A DNA stretch of 64,000 nt, taken from assembly GCF_009914755.1 (NCBI RefSeq), contig NC_060928.1; one strand, given 5' to 3'. Positions 54,801 through 64,000 of this stretch are shown here, in pieces (position 1 is the stretch's first letter; each line of letters begins with the position of its first letter). The notes below the pieces were generated by a model that searched no databases, was not told where the DNA came from, and saw only the letters and a list, made by a program, of their open reading frames with translations. A program made the position numbers and the translations under genes. The stretch comes from the human T2T-CHM13v2.0 reference genome, Homo sapiens.

Positions 54801-57800
54801 CTTTTTGATGTGTGTACTCAAGTAACAGAGTTGAACCTTCCTTTTGACACAGCAGTTTTGAAACAATCTTTTTGTAGAATCTGCAAGTGGATATTTGGAT
54901 AGCTTTGAGGATTTCGTTGGAAACGGGATATCTTCATATAAAATCTAGACAGAAGCATTCTCAGAAACTTCTTTGTGCTGTATGTCCTCAATTAACAGAG
55001 TTGAACCATTGCTTGGATACAGCATTTTGGAAACATTCCTTTAGTAGAATCTGCAAGTTGATATTTAGATAGATTTGTAGATTTCGTTGGAAACGGGAAT
55101 ATCTCCATAGAAAATCTAGACGGAAGCATTCTCAGAAACTGCTTTGTGATGTTTCCATTCAAGTCACAGAGTTGAATATTCCCTTTTATAGAGCACGTTT
55201 GAAACACTCTTTCTGCACTATCTGGAAGTGGACATTTCGAGCGCTTTGAGGCCTATGGTGAAAAAGGAATTATCTTCCCATAAAAACTAGACAGAAGCAT
55301 TCTCAGAAACTTGTTTGTGATGTGTGTATTCAACTAACAGAGTTGAACTTTTGTTTTTACAGAGCCGTTTTAAAACACTCTTTTTGTGGAATCAGAAAGT
55401 GGATATTCGGATGGCTCTGAGGATTTCGTTGGAAGCGGGATTACGTATAAAATCTAGAGAGAAGCATTCTCAGGAACTTCTTTGTGATGTTTGCATTGAA
55501 GTCACAGAATTGAACATTCACTTTGATAGAGCAGGTTTGAAACACTCATTCTGTAGTATCTGGAAGTGGACATTTCAAGCGCTTTCAGGCCTATGGTGAG
55601 AAAGGAAATATCTTCGAATAAAAACTAGACAGAAGCATCCTCAGAAACTTATTTGTGATGTGTGTCCTCAACTAACAGAGTTGAAACTTTGTTTTGATAC
55701 AGCATTTTGGAAACACTCTTTTTGTAGAATCTGCAGGTGGATATTTGGATAGCTTAGAGGGATTCCTTGGAAAGGGGATATCTTCATATAAAATCTAGAC
55801 AGAAGCATTCTCAGAAACTTATTTGTGATGTGTGTCCTCAACTAACAGAGTTGAACCTTGGTTTCGATACAGCATTTTGGAAACACTCCTTTTGTAGAAT
55901 CTGCAGGTGGATATGTGGATAGCTCTGAAGATTTCGTTGGAAATGGGAATTTCTTCATATAAAATCAAACAGAAGCATTCTCAGAAACTTCTCAGTGATG
56001 TTTGCATTCAGCTCATGGAGTTGAACACTTCCTTTCATAGAGCCGGTTTGAAACACTCTTTCTGCACTACCTGGAAGAGGACATTTCGAGCGCTTTGAGT
56101 CCTATGGTGAAAAAGGAAATATCTTCTCATAAAAACCAGAAAGAAGCATTCTCAGAAACTTCTTTGTGTTGTGTGTACTCATGTAACAGTGTTGAACCAT
56201 CCTTTTGACAGAGCAGTTTTGAAACACTCTTTTTGTAGAATATGCAAGTGGATATTTGGATAGCTTTGAGGATTTCGTTGGAAACGGGATGACATATAAT
56301 ATCTAGAGAGAAGCATTCTCAGGAACTTCTTTGTGATGTTTGCATTCAAGTCACAGAATTGAACATTCCCTTTCATAGAGCAGGTTTGAAACACTCTTTC
56401 TCTAGTATCTGGAAGTGGGCATTTCAAGCGCTTTCAGGCCTATGGAGAGAAAGGAAATACCTTCAAATAAGAACTAGACAGAAGCATTCTCAGAAACTTA
56501 TTTGTGATGTGTGTCCTCAACTAACAGAGTTGAACCTTTGTTTTGATACAGCATTTTGGAAACACTCCTTTTGTAGAATCTGCAGGTGGATATTTGGATA
56601 GCTTTGAAGATTTCGTTGGAAACCGGAATATCTTCATATAAAATCAAGACAGAAGCATTCTCGGAAACATCTCTGTGATGTTTGCATTCAACTCAGTAGA
56701 GTTGAACACTTCCTTTCATAGAGCAGGTTTGAAACACTCTTTCTGCACTACCTGGAAGCGGACATTTCGAGCGCTTTGAGGCCTATGGTGAAAAAGGAAA
56801 TATCTTCTCATAAAAACCAGAAAGAAGCATTCTCAGAAACTTCTTTGTGTTGTGTGTACTCAAGTAACAGTGTTGAACCTTCCTTTTGACACAGCAGTTT
56901 TGAAACACTCTTTTGGTAGAATCTGCAAGTGGATATTTGGATAGCTTTGAGGATTTCGTTGGAAACGGGTTATCTTCATATAAAATGCAGACAGGAGCAT
57001 TCTCAGAAACTTCTTTGTGCTGTATGTCCTCAATTCACAGAGCTGAACCTTTGTTTGGATACAGCGTTTTGGAGACATTCCTTTAGTAGAATCTGCAAGT
57101 TGATATTTAGATAGCTTTGAAGATTTCGTTGGAAACGGGAATATCTTCATAGAAAATCTAGACGGAAGCATTCTCAGAAACTGCTTTGTGATGTTTGCAT
57201 TCAAGTCACAGAGTTGAATATTCCCTTTTATAGAGTAGGTTTGAAACACTCTTTCGGCACTACCTGGAAGTGGATATTTCGAGCTCTTTGAGGCCTATGG
57301 TTAAAAGGAAATATCTTCCCATAAAAACTAGACAGAAGCCGTCTCAGAAACTTGTTTGTGATGTGTGTATTCAACTACCAGAGTTGAACATTTCTGTTAC
57401 AGAGCAATTTTAAAACACTCTTTTTGTGGAATCTGAAAGTGGATAATTGGATAGCTTTGTGGATTTCGTTGGAAACGGGATGACGTACAAAATCTAGAGA
57501 GAAGCATTCTCAGGAACTTCTTTCTGATGTTTGCATTCAAGTCACAGAATTGAACATTCCTTTTCATAGTGCAGGTTTGAAACACTCTTTCTGTAGTATC
57601 TGGAAGTGGACATTTCAAGCGCTTTCAGGCCTACGGGGAGAAAGGAAATATCTTCAAATAAAAACTAGACAGAAGGATTCTCAGAAACTTATTTGTGATG
57701 TGTGTCCTAAACGAACACAGTTGAACCTTTGTTTTGATACAGCATTTTGGAAACACTCCTTTTGTAGGATCTGCAGGTGGATATTTGGATAGATTTTAAG

Positions 57801-60800
57801 ATTTCGTTGGAAACGGGAATTTCTTCATAGAAACTCAAGACAGATGCATTCTCAGAAACTTCTCGGTGATGTTTGCATTCCACTCATAGAGTTGAAAACT
57901 TCCTTTCATAGAGCAGGTTTGAAACACTCTTTTTGTAATATTTGGAAGTGGACATTTGCAGCGCTTTGAGGCCTATGGTGAAAAAGGAAATATCTTCTCA
58001 TAAAAACCAGAAACAAGCATTCTCAGAAACTTCTTTTTGATGGGTGTACTCAAGTAACAGAGTTGAACCTTCCTTTTGACACAGCAGTTTTGAAACAATC
58101 TTTTTGTAGAATCTGCAAGTGGATATTTGGATAGCTTTGAGGATTTCGTTGGAAACGGGATATCTTCATATAAAATCTAGACAGAAGCATTCTCAGAAAC
58201 TTCTTTGTGCTGTATGTCCTCAATTAACAGAGTTGAACCATTGCTTGGATACAGCATTTTGGAAACATTCCTTTAGTAGAATCTGCAAGTTGATATTTAG
58301 ATAGATTTGTAGATTTCGTTGGAAACGGGAATATCTCCATAGAAAATCTAGACGGAAGCATTCTCAGAAACTGCTTTGTGATGTTTCCATTCAAGTCACA
58401 GAGTTGAATATTCCCTTTTATAGAGCACGTTTGAAACACTCTTTCTGCACTATCTGGAAGTGGACATTTCGAGCACTTTGAGGCCTATGGTGAAAAAGGA
58501 ATTATCTTCCCATAAAAACTAGACAGAAGCATTCTCAGAAACTTGTTTGTGATGTGTGTATTCAACTAACAGAGTTGAACTTTTGTTTTTACAGAGCCGT
58601 TTTAAAACACTCTTTTTGTGGAATCAGAAAGTGGATATTCGGATGGCTCTGAGGATTTCGTTGGAAGCGGGATTACGTATAAAATCTAGAGAGAAGCATT
58701 CTCAGGAACTTCTTTGTGATGTTTGCATTGAAGTCACAGAATTGAACATTCACTTTGATAGAGCAGGTTTGAAACACTCATTCTGTAGTATCTGGAAGTG
58801 GACATTTCAAGCGCTTTCAGGCCTATGGTGAGAAAGGAAATATCTTCGAATAAAAACTAGACAGAAGCATCCTCAGAAACTTATTTGTGATGTGTGTCCT
58901 CAACTAACAGAGTTGAAACTTTGTTTTGATACAGCATTTTGGAAACACTCTTTTTGTAGAATCTGCAGGTGGATATTTGGATAGCTTAGAGGGATTCGTT
59001 GGAAAGGGGATATCTTCATATAAAATCTAGACAGAAGCATTCTCAGAAACTTATTTGTGATGTGTGTCCTCAACTAACAGAGTTGAACCTTGGTTTCGAT
59101 ACAGCATTTTGGAAACACTCCTTTTGTAGAATCTGCAGGTGGATATGTGGATAGCTCTGAAGATTTCGTTGGAAACGGGAATTTCTTCATATAAAATCAA
59201 ACAGAAGCATTCTCAGAAACTTCTCAGTGATGTTTGCATTCAGCTCATGGAGTTGAACACTTCCTTTCATAGAGCCGGTTTGAAACACTCTTTCTGCACT
59301 ACCTGGAAGAGGACATTTCGAGCGCTTTGAGTCCTATGGTGAAAAAGGAAATATCTTCTCATAAAAACCAGAAAGAAGCATTCTCAGAAACTTCTTTGTG
59401 TTGTGTGTACTCATGTAACAGTGTTGAACCATCCTTTTGACAGAGCAGTTTTGAAACACTCTTTTTGTAGAATCTGCAAGTGGATATTTGGATAGCTTTG
59501 AGGATTTCGTTGGAAACGGGATGACATATAATATCTAGAGAGAAGCATTCTCAGGAACTTCTTTGTGATGTTTGCATTCAAGTCACAGAATTGAACATTC
59601 CCTTTCATAGAGCAGGTTTGAAACACTCTTTCTCTAGTATCTGGAAGTGGGCATTTCAAGCGCTTTCAGGCCTATGGAGAGAAAGGAAATACCTTCAAAT
59701 AAAAACTAGACAGAAGCATTCTCAGAAACTTATTTGTGATGTGTGTCCTCAACTAACAGAGTTGAACCTTTGTTTTGATACAGCATTTTGGAAACACTCC
59801 TTTTGTAGAATCTGCAGGTGGATATTTGGATACCTTTGAAGATTTCGTTGGAAACCGGAATATCTTCATATAAAATCAAGACAGAAGCATTCTCGGAAAC
59901 ATCTCTGTGATGTTTGCATTCAACTCAGTAGAGTTGAACACTTCCTTTCATAGAGCAGGTTTGAAACACTCTTTCTGCACTACCTGGAAGCGGACATTTC
60001 GAGCGCTTTGAGGCCTATGGTGAAAAAGGAAATATCTTCTCATAAAAACCAGAAAGAAGCATTCTCAGAAACTTCTTTGTGTTGTGTGTACTCAAGTAAC
60101 AGTGTTGAACCTTCCTTTTGACACAGCAGTTTTGAAACACTCTTTTGGTAGAATCTGCAAGTGGATATTTGGATAGCTTTGAGGATTTCGTTGGAAACGG
60201 GTTATCTTCATATAAAATCCAGACAGGAGCATTCTCAGAAACTTCTTTGTGCTGTATGTCCTCAATTCACAGAGCTGAACCTTTGTTTGGATACAGCGTT
60301 TTGGAGACATTCCTTTAGTAGAATCTGCAAGTTGATATTTAGATAGCTTTGAAGATTTCGTTGGAAACGGGAATATCTTCATAGAAAATCTAGACGGAAG
60401 CATTCTCAGAAACTGCTTTGTGATGTTTGCATTCAAGTCACAGAGTTGAATATTCCCTTTTATAGAGTAGGTTTGAAACACTCTTTCGGCACTACCTGGA
60501 AGTGGATATTTCGAGCTCTTTGAGGCCTATGGTTAAAAGGAAATATCTTCCCATAAAAACTAGACAGAAGCCGTCTCAGAAACTTGTTTGTGATGTGTGT
60601 ATTCAACTAACAGAGTTGAACATTTCTGTTACAGAGCAATTTTAAAACACTCTTTTTGTGGAATCTGAAAGTGGATAATTGGATAGCTTTGTGGATTTCG
60701 TTGGAAACGGGATGACGTATAAAATCTAGAGAGAAGCATTCTCAGGAACTTCTTTCTGATGTTTGCATTCAAGTCACAGAATTGAACATTCCTTTTCATA

Positions 60801-61406
60801 GTGCAGGTTTGAAACACTCTTTCTGTAGTATCTGGAAGTGGACATTTCAAGCGCTTTCAGGCCTACGGGGAGAAAGGAAATATCTTCAAATAAAAACTAG
60901 ACAGAAGGATTCTCAGAAACTTATTTGTGATGTGTGTCCTAAACGAACACAGTTGAACCTTTGTTTTGATACAGCATTTTGGAAACACTCCTTTTGTAGG
61001 ATCTGCAGGTGGATATTTGGATAGATTTTAAGATTTCGTTGGAAACGGGAATTTCTTCATAGAAACTCAAGACAGATGCATTCTCAGAAACTTCTCTGTG
61101 ATGTTTGCATTCCACTCATAGAGTTGAAAACTTCCTTTCATAGAGCAGGTTTGAAACACTCTTTTTGTAATATTTGGAAGTGGACATTTGCAGCGCTTTG
61201 AGGCCTATGGTGAAAAAGGAAATATCTTCTCATAAAAACCAGAAACAAGCATTCTCAGAAACTTCTTTTTGATGTGTGTACTCAAGTAACAGAGTTGAAC
61301 CTTCCTTTTGACACAGCAGTTTTGAAACAATCTTTTTGTAGAATCTGCAAGTGGATATTTGGATAGCTTTGAGGATTTCGTTGGAAACGGGATATCTTCA
61401 TATAAA

Positions 61407-64000
61407 ATCTAGACAGAAGCATTCTCAGAAACTTCTTTGTGCTGTATGTCCTCAATTAACAGAGTTGAACCATTGCTTGGATACAGCATTTTGGAAACAT
61501 TCCTTGAGTAGAATCTGCAAGTTGATATTTAGATAGATTTGAAGATTTCGTTGGAAAAGGGAATATCTCCATAGAAAATCTAGAGGGAAGCATTCTCAGA
61601 AACTGCTTTGTGATGTTTCCATTCAAGTCACAGAGTTGAATATTCCCTTTTATAGAGCACGTTTGAAACACTCTTTCTGCACTATCTGGAAGTGGACATT
61701 TCGAGCGCTTTGAGGCCTATGGTGAAAAAGGAAATATCTTCCCACAAAAACTAGACAGAAGCATTCTCAGAAACTTGTTTGTGATGTGTGTATTCAACTA
61801 ACAGAGTTGAACTTTTGTTTTTACAGAGCCGTTTTAAAACACTCTTTTTGTGGAATCAGAAAGTGGATATTCGGATGGCTCTGAGGATTTCGTTGGAAGC
61901 GGGATTACATATAAAATCTAGAGAGAAGCATTCTCAGGAACTTCTTTGTGATGTTTGCATTGAAGTCACAGAATTGAACATTCACTTTGATAGAGCAGGT
62001 TTGAAACACTCATTCTGTAGTATCTGGAAGTGGACATTTCAAGCGCTTTCAGGCCTATGGTGAGAAAGGAAATATCTTCGAATAAAAACTAGACAGAAGC
62101 ATCCTCAGAAACTTATTTGTGATGTGTGTCCTCAACTAACAGAGTTGAAACTTTGTTTTGATACAGCATTTTGGAAACACTCTTTTTGTAGAATCTGCAG
62201 GTGGATATTTGGATAGCTTAGAGGGATTCGTTGGAAAGGGGATATCTTCATATAAAATCTAGACAGAAGCATTCTCAGAAACTTATTTGTGATGTGTGTC
62301 CTCAACTAACAGAGTTGAACCTTGGTTTCGATACAGCATTTTGGAAACACTCCTTTTGTAGAATCTGCAGGTGGATATGTGGATAGCTCTGAAGATTTCG
62401 TTGGAAACGGGAATTTCTTCATATAAAATCAAACAGAAGCATTCTCAGAAACTTCTCAGTGATGTTTGCATTCAGCTCATGGAGTTGAACACTTCCTTTC
62501 ATAGAGCCGGTTTGAAACACTCTTTCTGCACTACCTGGAAGAGGACATTTCGAGCGCTTTGAGTCCTATGGTGAAAAAGGAAATATCTTCTCATAAAAAC
62601 CAGAAAGAAGCATTCTCAGAAACTTCTTTGTGTTGTGTGTACTCATGTAACAGTGTTGAACCATCCTTTTGACAGAGCAGTTTTGAAACACTCTTTTTGT
62701 AGAATCTGCAAGTGGATATTTGGATAGCTTTGAGGATTTCGTTGGAAACGGGATGACATATAATATCTAGAGAGAAGCATTCTCAGGAACTTCTTTGTGA
62801 TGTTTGCATTCAAGTCACAGAATTGAACATTCCCTTTCATAGAGCAGGTTTGAAACACTCTTTCTCTAGTATCTGGAAGTGGGCATTTCAAGCGCTTTCA
62901 GGCCTATGGAGAGAAAGGAAATACCTTCAAATAAAAACTAGACAGAAGCATTCTCAGAAACTTATTTGTGATGTGTGTCCTCAACTAACAGAGTTGAACC
63001 TTTGTTTTGATACAGCATTTTGGAAACACTCCTTTTGTAGAATCTGCAGGTGGATATTTGGATAGCTTTGAAGATTTCGTTGGAAACCGGAATATCTTCA
63101 TATAAAATCAAGACAGAAGCATTCTCGGAAACATCTCTGTGATGTTTGCATTCAACTCAGTAGAGTTGAACACTTCCTTTCATAGAGCAGGTTTGAAACA
63201 CTCTTTCTGCACTACCTGGAAGCGGACATTTCGAGCGCTTTGAGGCCTATGGTGAAAAAGGAAATATCTTCTCATAAAAACCAGAAAGAAGCATTTTCAG
63301 AAACTTCTTTGTGTTGTGTGTACTCAAGTAACAGTGTTGAACCTTCCTTTTGACACAGCAGTTTTGAAACACTCTTTTGGTAGAATCTGCAAGTGGATAT
63401 TTGGATAGCTTTGAGGATTTCGTTGGAAACGGGTTATCTTCATATAAAATCCAGACAGGAGCATTCTCAGAAACTTCTTTGTGCTGTATGTCCTCAATTC
63501 ACAGAGCTGAACCTTTGTTTGGATACAGCATTTTGGAGACATTCTTTAGTAGAATCTGCAAGTTGATATTTAGATAGCTTTGAAGATTTCGTTGGAAACG
63601 GGAATATCTTCATAGAAAATCTAGACGGAAGCATTCTCAGAAACTGCTTTGTGATGTTTGCATTCAAGTCACAGAGTTGAATATTCCCTTTTATAGAGTA
63701 GGTTTGAAACACTCTTTCGGCACTACCTGGAAGTGGATATTTCGAGCTCTTTGAGGCCTATGGTTAAAAGGAAATATCTTCCCATAAAAACTAGACAGAA
63801 GCCGTCTCAGAAACTTGTTTGTGATGTGTGTATTCAACTACCAGAGTTGAACATTTCTGTTACAGAGCAATTTTAAAACACTCTTTTTGTGGAATCTGAA
63901 AGTGGATAATTGGATAGCTTTGTGGATTTCGTTGGAAACGGGATGACGTATAAAATCTAGAGAGAAGCATTACCAGGAACTTCTTTCTGATGTTTGCATT
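61407..64000 (+). repeat. HOR copy 20, truncated by the window end, with a private 1-bp deletion in M13
   Basis: ATTCTTTAGT at 63541-63550 versus ATTCCTTTAGT elsewhere; the ORF pattern is frameshifted at 63324-63712. Confidence 0.9.

Larger units (their letters stand above)
1..64000 (+). repeat. Alpha-satellite centromeric HOR array, 3232-bp 19-mer, about 19.8 tandem copies; probably human chr4 D4Z1 (S2C4H1L)
   Basis: Alphoid motifs (CATTCTCAGAAACTT, GTTTGAAACACTCTTT, TTCGTTGGAAACGGGA) recur about every 171 bp. The ORF track repeats with an exact 3232-bp period (382, 3614, 6846, ...), shortened to 3231 twice. Alpha-satellite identity is certain; the D4Z1 assignment comes from the recalled 19-mer/3.2-kb size (about 0.85). 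Confidence 0.99.

Noticed and set aside
50-63712. The many 61-129 aa ORFs on both strands
   Set aside because: They recur with the HOR period, overlap in several frames, often start at GTG/TTG, show no recognisable domain, and are broken freely by SNVs (absent in copies 6 and 12, truncated at 50492). They are chance open frames in satellite DNA.
1-64000. CRISPR-like repeat/spacer reading of the recurring TTCGTTGGAAAC and GTTTGAAAC motifs
   Set aside because: The intervening sequences are homologous monomer bodies, not unique spacers, and there are no cas genes.
1-64000. A regular super-period spanning several HORs (for example 6 copies, suggested by the copy 6/12 and 7/13 shared variants)
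   Set aside because: Other markers do not follow a constant lag; the sharing looks mosaic. A lag-identity computation would be needed to exclude it formally.
1-64000. TATA-like (TATAAAA) and AATAAA motifs as promoters or polyA signals; a claim that this is the kinetochore site
   Set aside because: These motifs are ordinary parts of the alphoid consensus. Transcription and CENP-A occupancy are epigenetic and cannot be inferred from sequence.

Overview
The whole 64 kb is one uninterrupted, single-orientation primate centromeric alpha-satellite array. About 171-bp monomers form a 19-monomer, 3232-bp higher-order repeat (HOR), present in about 19.8 near-identical tandem copies. A 19-mer of 3.2 kb fits the human chromosome 4 active centromere array D4Z1 (S2C4H1L); this is recalled from HOR size, not from a database search. 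I see no genes, RNA genes, transposon insertions, inversions or monomer-number variants, and all listed ORFs are artefacts of the repeat. Each HOR has 11 B-type monomers (8 intact and 3 degenerate CENP-B boxes) and 8 A-type (pJalpha) monomers. I found no new biological system. What is worth a second look is array evolution: an internal 7-mer/4-mer ancestry with a chimeric monomer, three adjacent copies with an extra intact CENP-B box, sporadic box losses (mostly at CpG), local haplotype blocks and mosaic copies, and one dense mutation cluster. Variants were read by eye, so the lists may be incomplete. Copy starts: 1, 3233, 6465, 9697, 12929, 16161, 19393, 22625, 25857, 29089, 32321, 35552, 38783, 42015, 45247, 48479, 51711, 54943, 58175, 61407 (copies 1-20). 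M1-M19 are my own monomer labels.
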